Shown: in pieces, positions 12,486 through 22,728 of the stretch
Numbering within the stretch: position 1 is the stretch's first letter
Layout of the letters: each line of letters begins with the position of its first letter
From: Neophaeotheca triangularis
Lineage: Eukaryota
DNA length: 64,000 bases
Direction: 5' to 3'
Assembly (NCBI GenBank): GCA_054600435.1
Contig: BAAIJX010000065.1
Coordinates: 1-64,000 of the forward strand
The notes under the pieces: generated by a model
The model's input: the letters and a program-made list of their open reading frames with translations, nothing else
Told to the model about the DNA's origin: nothing
Database searches by the model: none
Made by a program: the position numbers and the translations under genes

Positions 12486-13048
12486 ATGGTCCTTCTCGCC
12501 TCCACCCCAGTCGCCAACCCGTCCGCTAAGATTCCGCAAACTACTGGCATTCGCAAGAACGGAAAGACCTGGAAGCCATCCAAGGCCCCTTTCCGCAACA
12601 CCACCAGTTCCAGCAAGAACCAATACGCCAAGCGCGTACAGCGTCAGACCCAGGAAGCCGCTGTTAAGGCTGCTGAAAAGCAACTCCGGGCTGAAAAGGA
12701 AGAAGAACGTGAGGTTAGTATCTCCGACGCGGAGAGGAAGAAGCAGAAACGAGGTCCCTGGTGGAACAAGACCGTCGACTCGTGGGAGGCGAGGTGGTTG
12801 ATGGGCACGAACTTGGAATTAGGGCCGCAATCGGACAGCGATGAGGACGTCGAAGTCGATTTTGATGAGGACTGATTTCGCTGACACTACGGTTTTTATG
12901 TTTACAGAGACGTGTGCAAGCTATCAAGGACCGCCGTGCTGCTAAAGAAGAGCGCGAGCGGTTTGAGCTTATGGAGCAAAAGATGCACAAGAAGCGCGTC
13001 GAAAGAGTCAAGCGACGGGAAAAGCGCAATAAGATGCTCAAGTCTTGA
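12486..13048 (+). CDS. CGR1: rRNA-processing protein Cgr1; intron 12714-12907
   Basis: [11 protein letters not shown]-terminal motif. The spliced C-terminus is [46 protein letters not shown]. Intron is GTTAGT..GCTGAC..CAG. Confidence 0.9.
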
Positions 13049-15901
13049 TGGAGGCTTTGATCGGTATGGGCTTGCTCTATCGGAGGCTCGGGTCTTTTCT
13101 TTTGCTAACATGATATCGTGTCTGGAGTAAGGGTGTGGAATTCGGACTTTTAGCTTGCGCAAAGTGGTGTCTGAGCGAGCTGAACAGCACGAATGGGCGA
13201 ACGCCGAAAGGGCACGCGACTGCACGCGGACGGCCGTGGCCACCGGTATGTGGTACATTCGACTAGATCGATGCTGTACTGCTGTCGACAAGAGAATGGT
13301 ACAGTAACTCCTCAACAAATAGAGATACTCGCAGTCACTAATACAATCCTCAGGTGGCACCAGTGCTGTTATTCCAGCACAAGGACACCATGACACAGCA
13401 AAGATGCTTCGAGCGTCAAGGCTGAGGGCCGTGGTGCATTCTACTTTAGTTCCGTGCTAACATAACTTACTCCTAGTGCAGCGTAGACGATGAATGCTCG
13501 TCTCGCTATACTTGATAGCATCACATAGCCTGTTTTCCGCCTTCTGCTGCGTCAAGAAGTTGCGTTGAGCCAGGCTATCCCAATGGGTCGAGGTAGTCAC
13601 AGAGGAGTGAAGAGGAGAGGGGGGATGCGACCGGCTGGGCTTATTATTTTCAGGTTCTGCGTAACCTATTTGATACCCGAATCTGCGAAGTCATTCAAAC
13701 TTATCTGCTGTACTTATATTGAAGTGCCTAGCCGATGCGTTTCGTCTAAATTGCGAACGTATAACCTTTCAACAACAATACTAAATGCCCCAGTGCGTGA
13801 TGGTATACCGCTATGTAGCCTCTTGACCGATCAACGCTATCATCAACCGCATTGCTTGCGACAATTGACTTCTAACAAAGGCATCTCTCACGCAATCGCT
13901 TGAATTTCAGCCTGTGCATTAACTATTCCTTTACCCGGAACTTTTCCTAGCGGCAACTGATCTTGGGTAATGTGCGTGATACGGTTACCGGAATAGCCGC
14001 CCTCGCCGCCACGAACGCTTCGTTGTCCACGGTTGTCCCAGGAAATCTAGGCTCACACTGATGCACACAAGGATGCTAGAGTAGATTAGTAAACCACTTC
14101 GAGTCTTCGAGCCACGGCAGGATCTTCCACTTCTCGATTACCCGTCTATCCCAGAAAGGTAGCAACAGCTCTACCAATACCACTCTCACAAGTAGCAAGA
14201 TCGACATCTTCAACAACCTCACATGTGACTAAGTAGGTAATTCCAAACCTCGGCCAGTGGCGAAAAAGCCAACCGGAAACTCATTTTCACGGATCTTCAG
14301 AGTTCCATTGCCAGAAAGAAGTTAATGGCGATGGAGGTCAAAAAGGCTCTCTGATGAAAGTCTGCATTCAAGTAGCGGCGGAAAGCCCGCTTTGGTCGCG
14401 TTCCAAACTTCGGCTTGGGCGGCTCTTCTTGATGTTCATAGCCACCACCTTGTCACCGGCTTGAGTATTGATGCTTCACCATGAAATGCGATGCGTCGGA
14501 AAGGTGGTGTGAGTATCTACCTAGGCAGCAAGCGGACTCGATGCTAGAGGGCCCACGATGGGCCAAGGACTCTGGACTTTCAAGGATCGCATGTGGTGAT
14601 GTGATGAGCATGCGGACTCGCTTGTGCTACTCGCCGTTGATCATGCATGTCAGGGTGCTTGCAGGTGATAATAACGATAAAGACTTATTACAAGTATCCC
14701 TTCTTGATTCGCAGACGTCGCTGCCACACCTCGTGGAGTCGTTGGTTTTTGATTGGCGCGCTGGAGTACGAATGCGCTACGGACAATTGATGCACGCCCG
14801 GCGCGACCAAAGCAGGACAACGCAAGTCTCTGTCAGTCTGTTCGGTTTTCAGCACCGACGAGGCGTGCGCAGCCTTGAAGGTTCTCTAGAACATCACCAT
14901 TGATTGCCGTCAGTCAGCCCGATATACGGGAGCCTTCGAGTGTTTTTTGGTTCTTTGTGCGCCCAAAGGCTGCTGTCAAATTTACCATCAAAAGCATCGC
15001 CAGGGTGGAACAGGAGCCACGTCGATGGCTTCGCTATAATTTAATTGCACAACGCAGCTCACGAAACTCTTCTTTTCCCCGAGATGCTGGGTCACTGGGA
15101 CTACTCGAAGGCGCGGCGAGTCATGCGGCGGACGAACCAGCAGCACGGTTCGCGCGGTGAACGATTGGCAGCCGGATTTAATAATATTGCGACAAACGAA
15201 TCGAATTAGGTTAGGTGTGGTAAGGTAGCTTTTCTTCTAGCGGCAGATCCATTCACACTTCGAACGCCTCGATCCTTTCTCCGCAACTCGCCTGATCATC
15301 AACCTCCTCTGCCCTTTTTTGGTTCTTGGTCTTGGAGCTAGGGCCCTACGTTGGCGTTACTAGGACCCGTCTCTGAGTCGGGCGGCCGGGGTCAAGAGGG
15401 ACCAAGAAGGCCACCCTCACGCAGGATCCTGGACGGCAGTGGCTTCGCAGAGGATGATGTACCAGAGTGGACGCGACAGGAGGCTACGGTAGGTACTTAC
15501 GCGGTCAAAGGATTAATGTTGACTCGCCAGATCTGGTTCCAGAGGTTCCACGTATATGGGGCAGTCCCAAAGTACCTGAGAAGTCTAACCAGGTCGAGTG
15601 CTATGCATCATGCATCTACCGTGCTCTTACTCCGCCGGGTCTCGTGGGGCGGATGTAGGTTTATCAAACCTCCGGGGATGTTTGACGGTACTCTCTAGCT
15701 TATTATTACTATTGCCCGTCCTCACCCCGTTTGCCGGTTCGTAGGCTCTCTTTTGTCTCCGATCTTCTGTTTCAGCATACAGGGTCTTTCATCGAGAATC
15801 TGGAGATATCTGATATCTGATATCTACATCGTCAACCGTTCACTCAGTCGAGAGCATTGCTATCGCCTTGCCATTCCAACGAGCGCTTTATTCGAGACAA
15901 T

Positions 15902-17272
15902 ATGGGCTTTGCTCAACTTTGGTCTGTCGTTACAGGGAGACGGTCCAAGGACGCACAAAGGGTAGACAGTTTCTACGAACCACCTCGACATCCGAGCAAA
16001 CAAAGCGTCAGACTTGCGAACAAGTACCACTCTTCACCAACGGTTCCTCAAGTGCAAAGCCAGCCGAATGCTCCTCAGGAAAAGGCTGCCAAACGCAAGA
16101 GCGGGCGGTTCAGCCTATCCCGCTCCAAGGCCGAGGCTCTCGTCGACGAACGACCGAGAAAGCGTCGAACATGGTATGGCGGCTTGCCTGGTGTAAACAA
16201 GGACGTTCCAGATGTGCCTGCACTGCCTCAACAGCACGCAAAGACACGGTCAAACTACAACGATAGTAACAGCAACATATCCGCGCTACCAAGCGCTTTT
16301 GAGAGGAGGCAGTCGTACCGAAGATCGTTGCTCACTAGCAACGACAACGAAGACAAAGCAATCTACGTCGGTAACAGGAATTTTAACGAACCTTCTCCTC
16401 CCGAACGACGACAGTCTTCGGTCACCTCCGCCGGCTATTTTCAACGAAGACAGTCGGTGTACCAAACCAACTCCACGGTGTTGCCCCCTCCCGGCACAGC
16501 TCAAACAACCGACGACTTCCCCCCAGCTCAACCAAGCAAAGAAAAGCGCAAGAGCTTGCGCCACTCCATCGGCGTCGCCCTGAATCGCGAACAAAGCTCC
16601 CAATCAATCACCACCCCCACCTCACGCAATACCAAACGGTCTTCCTGGTTCCAAAGCAGCAACCCTGACACCGGCGGCGACGAATACGAAACCCAACCCC
16701 CCATGCCCTCCATCCCCGCCGACATCCAAAAACACCCCAACAACCGCCCCATCTCAGGCTACTACGAGGACTCTACCGACGACGCCGCCGCGCCGCCTCC
16801 GGTCCCCCGCCGCGCGTCCTACACCCCTCGCAACGCCGCGAAATCTTTCCTCAAGTCCACTACCGCCCCAACCGCGGACGAACGCACGAAAATGATGCGG
16901 CGCTCGCAAGGTCTCGAGCCTTTGGAAGCGAGCGATTTCGCCTCGGGCATGAATAGTGAGCAGCGCGCTCAGTGGGATAAGTTGAGGAATTTGCTCGAGG
17001 TGTTGGAGAAGAGGCAGGATGCTAGGGAAAGTGTTAGTGTTGGGGAGGAGAGTGATGACGATGAGTCGGATCAGGCTGGAGGGCGATTTGCCAATCAGAC
17101 CGCCTTGAGGGCTTTGGAGTTTGGGGGCGTTGGGGAGGAGGATAGTGAAGAGGAGGATAGGGATGGTGATGTGGAGAGGGAGACTAGAGGAAGGAGGAGG
17201 ACTAGATATGGGGAGGAGGCAATGGAGGATGAGGATATACCGACTAGGCAGGTCTACGTCCGGGATTGGTGA
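15902..17272 (+). CDS. Hypothetical protein, largely disordered (Ser/Pro/Arg-rich, acidic C-terminus)
   Basis: Long uninterrupted ORF from the ATG at 15902 (MGFAQLWSVVTGRR). No domain recognised. Confidence 0.75.
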   Translation: MGFAQLWSVVTGRRSKDAQRVDSFYEPPRHPSKQSVRLANKYHSSPTVPQVQSQPNAPQEKAAKRKSGRFSLSRSKAEALVDERPRKRRTWYGGLPGVNKDVPDVPALPQQHAKTRSNYNDSNSNISALPSAFERRQSYRRSLLTSNDNEDKAIYVGNRNFNEPSPPERRQSSVTSAGYFQRRQSVYQTNSTVLPPPGTAQTTDDFPPAQPSKEKRKSLRHSIGVALNREQSSQSITTPTSRNTKRSSWFQSSNPDTGGDEYETQPPMPSIPADIQKHPNNRPISGYYEDSTDDAAAPPPVPRRASYTPRNAAKSFLKSTTAPTADERTKMMRRSQGLEPLEASDFASGMNSEQRAQWDKLRNLLEVLEKRQDARESVSVGEESDDDESDQAGGRFANQTALRALEFGGVGEEDSEEEDRDGDVERETRGRRRTRYGEEAMEDEDIPTRQVYVRDW

Positions 17273-18225
17273 CCGTGGACTGAGGCAGATTTCCTTTGTG
17301 TTACTTTTGTGTTCTGAGCGTAGGCGTTGTTGGCGCACGTTGGGTCCCTTGCGGTCGTCGCGGCCATTTTGTGCGATTAGCTTGTCGAGCTATTCCAGGA
17401 TACTCACATGGCGACATGTTCATCCTATTGCAATTATGTATTAGGTAGCCTGGACAATCACCGCATGGCATAAATTGATAAATGGTATTTGAATGAGAGA
17501 TGTCGAGACAAAACTGCGCCAAGAGCTCCCCATGGCCGCTTCGTGCCAACCCTGCCAACTTCGTGCATGGACATTATTGCGACTACTCCTCTTTCTTTCC
17601 CTACCCAAGAATTCTCTTTCTCCATCACCAGTCCCTCCCACAGCCATGGCATATATACGGCAGAACCATCGATCCGAGCTATTTCACAAATCCCTCTCGA
17701 ATAAGGTATGCGCAATGCTCGATGCTCGGTCTTCGGCGATTTTTCGCAGCACAGGCCAGCGTCAGCCATCCATCTATCACCGGACCGGATGCGAACGGGC
17801 AGACGGGGAGAAAATGCTTATTAAGGCACTATTAGTAGATCCTCAAGCACCTCAGACTTGACGGGAGCTTGCAAAAGGGCGTCATCACCAAGGTAGGTCC
17901 CGTCGTGAGAGGACATGGATTATTACCATCAGGTGTGATTCCCTAACTACATTTCATGCAACGACGACTTGCGTATTTTCCGGTATTGTCGTTGCCATCA
18001 CGAGGCCTGTTGATGTTTTGCAAAAAGTGATGGTTGCGCTACTTTGTTGGGATCCACTCGACTGTTTCTTCGCTTTCGACGTCATCCCTAGGTTTTCCGG
18101 GAGAAACATTTGTTTATGAGAAGAGGCTCCTTTTGTTGAAAGGGAACGCCGCGCGTGAAATCTTTCCATCGACGAGAAAACCAGTCGCGCAACTTTAGGA
18201 TACCAGGGAAAAGCGCCCCTTCGCA

Positions 18226-19737
18226 ATGGACTACGACACCGCCGATCTAGCGAGTTGGCAAGCTCGCCTAGTCGTGAAGATAGGCAAGAAGCTACGCTCT
18301 AGTAAGCGATATACGAATGCATCGGTCGCCAAACAGAATGCGAGACGAAGATCCATGGACGCCAAGGTACGGCAGTCTACCGACTCTCACGGCTCCGGCT
18401 CTCATGGCAGGGAAGAAACCAACGAGCTGGGTGAACGCGAGTATTCAGGTCACAGCCAGGCGACCACCTTGCTCAACACCGATAACACCGAGATGATGCA
18501 TGGGTTGACGCACCACGACTCTTTCGACTCGCTGGTGGATCAGCCTTCGAAGCTCAGCAAGCTTAGGGATCCTTACTTCGACTCCAACAAGGACAGCATA
18601 CGGGAACCTAGGGATGAGAAAAGGGAGCAGATGGTGGCAAACCTTCCTGCGGAAATCTGGATGCGCGTTACATCGTTTCTCAACACCGCCGACGCTGCGC
18701 AATTGGCGCTTTCCAACAAAGCTCTGCATGACAAACTGAGCGCCGTCCATCTCCCGGCCTTGCAACGGCCGGAAAACATAACCGATCGCATTGTGGTCCT
18801 CCAGAACATGGATGCAAGACTGAAAGACTACCTCCTGTGCTTTCCTTGTGGCACCTACCATCGACGAACTCGCCCAGGGGAAGAAAAGCTAATGAAAGAC
18901 TACGTACTACATCCCATCTTCGACTGCCCGAACGCACGCAACACCGTGCTCCCCCGCATACGCTTGACCCACGGCCGCGAACTGCCCTATTACTTTGTCC
19001 AGCTCGCCGTGCGCGGCTCCAAATACACACCGTCGCACGGCATAACGCCCAAATCCCTCGAACGCAGCTGGAAGTGCAAAGACAGCACCTGGACCCACCG
19101 AACCCGCTACATGTACCACGACGGCCGTCTGCTCATGCGCGTCGTCTCTCAGACCTTCGCGCCCCCCAAACTCACCGTCACAGGCGAGCGCCACCTCCTC
19201 TACGACCGCGAAGAATACACGCCCTTCTTCTCCGTCTGCTCGCACTGGCGCGACGGTGAACTCATGAGAATCTGCAAATGCGCGCTCGCGCACATCCCCG
19301 AGCCGCCGCGCTCCATAACTTCCCAACTCCGCCAAGCGCCCAAAATCTCCTACTCAGCCGCTCACCCCAATTACATCGTCAGCGGCTGCGACTTGTGCGC
19401 GCCCATGCGCCGCTGCCCGGAATGCCCGACCGAATACCTGGTCGAAGTGCGCATGGTCGAGGACCCGCGCGACGCGGTGCAGACTTTCAAGCACGCGCTG
19501 GTTGTCACGCGCTGGAGCGATCTGGGCGACGGGAGCTCGCCTTATACCAGTCCCGAGTGGGCTGCGCTCAAGGGGCTCGAGACTGCCGAGCATTATGAGA
19601 GTTTTAGCCAGGTGGGGCGGAGGGCGGTTAATGGCATTTTCGAGAGCGCGATAAGTGGGAGTATTCCGCCGAAGAGGATGATTAGTTTGAACCCCAAGGA
19701 GGAGCATCAGGGGGAGGAGGGGGATAAGTGGTATTGA
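18226..19737 (+). CDS. F-box-like domain protein with Cys-rich C-terminal region
   Basis: LPAEIWMRVTSFLNTADAAQLALSNK resembles an F-box. CFPCGTYH and CxxC..RRCPECPTEY..VVTRWSDLG are typical of this Pezizomycotina family. Confidence 0.8.
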   Translation: MDYDTADLASWQARLVVKIGKKLRSSKRYTNASVAKQNARRRSMDAKVRQSTDSHGSGSHGREETNELGEREYSGHSQATTLLNTDNTEMMHGLTHHDSFDSLVDQPSKLSKLRDPYFDSNKDSIREPRDEKREQMVANLPAEIWMRVTSFLNTADAAQLALSNKALHDKLSAVHLPALQRPENITDRIVVLQNMDARLKDYLLCFPCGTYHRRTRPGEEKLMKDYVLHPIFDCPNARNTVLPRIRLTHGRELPYYFVQLAVRGSKYTPSHGITPKSLERSWKCKDSTWTHRTRYMYHDGRLLMRVVSQTFAPPKLTVTGERHLLYDREEYTPFFSVCSHWRDGELMRICKCALAHIPEPPRSITSQLRQAPKISYSAAHPNYIVSGCDLCAPMRRCPECPTEYLVEVRMVEDPRDAVQTFKHALVVTRWSDLGDGSSPYTSPEWAALKGLETAEHYESFSQVGRRAVNGIFESAISGSIPPKRMISLNPKEEHQGEEGDKWY

Positions 19738-20093
19738 GGGTGGTTTGCGCGTAAGGGGGCTTGGCGGGGTTTAATGTCTTGTATGTCTTGATGTCTTGTG
19801 GGGAGTGGCGAGTGGCGAATGCTTTGTACAGTATACCAAGATCTTGTAGTAGTTGCGTAATTTTCCGGCACTGGCTGGAACACCTTTCGAACTCGGGTTC
19901 ACGAGCAGTAGTCTGGAGCATGAACATCACTTACTGCATATGTGTGCCTTCTTGAAACGCAGCTCCTTTCTTGTTGACATGGATCAAGGTTGGCTGGCAA
20001 AGCATGCACAGTACCAGGTCTCATATCAGCAAAAATTACAACTCAAAACTGCCGGGAGAGTTTCCCACACAGCTCCATCCTGAGCATAGCATC

Positions 20094-20891
20094 TCAAAAC
20101 ACCCAACAGACCGCCAGCACAACAGCGACCCCCTGCAGAGTCGCAAAAGTACATAGCACCGCCAACCCAACAACCCCATCCCCCTTCACCGCCTGCCCCA
20201 ACTCTCCACTCCCAAATCCCCTTCTAGCCGCGCCCTCCCCCATCCCCTCTAAACTCCTATTCCACCAACCCAGCTCCAAAGCCCACTCCAGCCACACTCC
20301 CGCCGACCCCCATACCACCAACCCCACCACGCCCCTCAAACCCACAACCACCAAGCCCCTCCCCTCCAGCAGCGGAGCCCACCAAACCGCAACCGCAGCC
20401 CCCAAAAGCGTCCAGAAAACCGCCAACCGCGTCGCCACAACCGCGGCTTGGCGCGGAACTTCCATCTCGCTGGCTCGCAAGTGCCGCGCTGTGAGGGAAC
20501 CGCGAAACCCGATCTGCGCCACGATAATCGCGATGAGAGAAGCCGCTAGGAGGACCGTGACGAGCAGGCCGTGGCAGACTGTCGTGCGAGCGTTTTGGCT
20601 GGTCCAGGGGCTCGATGCGCTGGCTAGGAGGAGCGCGTGGAGGGCTGTGAGGCTGTCTGCTAGGGTTGTGAGGGCGGTGAGGGTGGCGGTGAGGATGGCG
20701 AGGGCGAGGAGGGGTTTCTGTGTGCGGTGGTGGGATTGGAGGGGGTCTGGTGTTTTGCGGGTTTGGTGGGATTGGATGGCTATGATTGCGAGTCCGGTGG
20801 CTAGGAGGACGAGGTTCGTGGTGGTTTGGAAGCCTGGGGTTTCTCGCTCTAGCCAGGTTTTGCACCAGGTTGGTGTTGTTGCCGTCGTCAT
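20094..20891 (-). CDS. Hypothetical multi-pass membrane protein
   Basis: 265-aa ORF with about 6 hydrophobic segments and ATG context CAGCATGA. No family recognised. Confidence 0.6.
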   Translation of the reverse strand: MTTATTPTWCKTWLERETPGFQTTTNLVLLATGLAIIAIQSHQTRKTPDPLQSHHRTQKPLLALAILTATLTALTTLADSLTALHALLLASASSPWTSQNARTTVCHGLLVTVLLAASLIAIIVAQIGFRGSLTARHLRASEMEVPRQAAVVATRLAVFWTLLGAAVAVWWAPLLEGRGLVVVGLRGVVGLVVWGSAGVWLEWALELGWWNRSLEGMGEGAARRGFGSGELGQAVKGDGVVGLAVLCTFATLQGVAVVLAVCWVF

Positions 20892-21747
20892 GCTGAGACC
20901 GGCCGTGGAAGGGTGTAATGTCGATGTAGAATACTACGGACTGATAGTTGTCCCGAAAGCAATACTCCCAAATGCGCGTACTATTTGCAAGACGTCGTTG
21001 TCGAAGATGGGAGAATGCAAACATCCCAGAGGTGAGTCGAGAAAGGTCCGCGCCCCAAGCAGCCCAGCCGCTCTTGCACTACCTTGCCTAAGGTACCACT
21101 AGTATTTTGCCCATGCCTCGTCGTATCGCACTTACCGTTCAGCCTGATGCAGGAGGCGCAGCTGAGGGTGCTGAGGAGTGACATGAAGACACAAGAAGAC
21201 AAGAAAACACCCAAGCGCTGGCGCATCCATGTCTTCGTCAGCCCGACGTAACAGCAAAACCCTTTGAACTCTTGACTCTTGGGAGATAGATGCGTTAAAT
21301 GCCAATAGCAAGCATTACATTGCATTGCGTTGTTGAAACGCAACCGGGACTCTAGCCCTACAAGACTGAAGTTACTACGAAGGATGAAGTTACAACCGTC
21401 TCCGAATATAATAATAATAGGAGGTAGACCAGCCCGACCAGTTCCAGCCAAAGCCAACCAAAGCCACCCTCGTGTTCCCTTGCCCCACTCGTCTAGCACA
21501 GCAATAGCCAATCAACAGCCTCCCATTCCATCCCATACCAAGTGAAAGTGCATCAGGTCTTATCGATACTGGCAGAAACATCACATATCAACCTCTAATA
21601 AGACCCGACCAAACAACACCAATTCATCCCATCTCAAACCCGCAAGCAACGCAACTCCAAGACCCCCAAAAGCCAAAACCATACCAAAATATAGCTAGCA
21701 ATCACAGACCTAACCCCCATCCAAAAAACCAAAGCAAAAAAACCAAA

Positions 21748-22117
21748 ATGCCCACCGACCGCTCCGCCGAAGCCCAAGTCCGCTCCTGGGGCTACTCACA
21801 CGTCTTCACATGGCAAGACGGGCCGTAAGTTGCCCAACCCACCTGATCCCACAAACCTTGCCTCCCCCTTGTAAACCAAACACCACTCTAAACCTCCCTC
21901 CCCTTTACTCCACAGCAACGCCCACTACACGCCACACACGCACTCGGGGAAAACGACGCACCTAATCCTTGACGGGAGTCTCACAATGCGCTACCCGGAC
22001 GACCCGGAACCGGTCAAGGTCACGCTGGGGAAGGGGGAGAGGTGGGATGTTGAAGCCGGGAGACTGCATGAGGTCTGGGTGGGGGAGGGTGGGTGTCGCT
22101 ATGTTATTGGGGAGTGA
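21748..22117 (+). CDS. Small cupin (RmlC-like) protein, 92 aa; intron 21825-21915
   Basis: Spliced product MPTDRSAEAQVRSWGYSHVFTWQDGPNAHYTPHTHSGKTTHLILDGSLTMRYP...GERWDVEAGRLHEVWVGEGGCRYVIGE has cupin HxH..H and G..HEV motifs. It is absent from the ORF track. Confidence 0.88.
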
Positions 22118-22728
22118 GGGAGGGGATTTTCTCTTGGGTGGAAAAGCTGTCCAAGCCCAATCTGCTTGACAGGGTCGGGTGACCGTACAGCAAGACGCAC
22201 ATCGATCACGCACACTTGCCCAAAGAGGTATTGTTGGAATGCAACCATTCTTGTATACAGTCTTCCTATAATACAAGTATTCGAGAAAAACCGAGCCAGC
22301 CACCCACGCTGCAAAACCTCCACCCGCGAGCAAAATAAGAGAATATACTGGGGAAGATCCCCCGACACCGCACCCCAGAAGGAGAGGAACCCGGGCCCAT
22401 GCTTTTGCAAATATCGCTGAGTTATAGACTATCGAGTAGTGTACAACAATCGTAGCAATACGTGTCAAGAGGAAGTGAGAAGTTTTCATCTCCTCCGCTG
22501 GGGTGAGTACGTGTTGTTTTGTTGCTTTTCTTTTCTTGTCCGTGGAGGAGGCGCACGCTCAAAGCAGTCAATTTTGGGGTATCGTAAGCTTGCCCTTTTG
22601 TCGATCGTCGAGGTCACGACTAGAGGCCAGCGGGAAAGGAAATTCGAGGGTCCGATGGAGTGTCAGCTACCAATTAAGGCGTGACGCTTCGGTGGACAGT
22701 AGTGTTGTTTTGGTGCCCAGGAAGAAGT

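Noticed and set aside
12838..12890. TGATGA and CTGA words in the CGR1 intron suggesting a box C/D snoRNA
   Set aside because: The boxes are only a few nt apart and I found no terminal stem or guide. They coincide with Asp/Glu codons and the branch point.
13100..15800. 2.7-kb gene-free stretch with short ORFs
   Set aside because: No motif, codon bias, terminal repeat or RNA structure I could support.
19990..21102. 370-aa plus-strand ORF overlapping the membrane-protein ORF
   Set aside because: Non-ATG start, and its composition simply mirrors the local C-to-G skew. The minus-strand ATG ORF is more protein-like.
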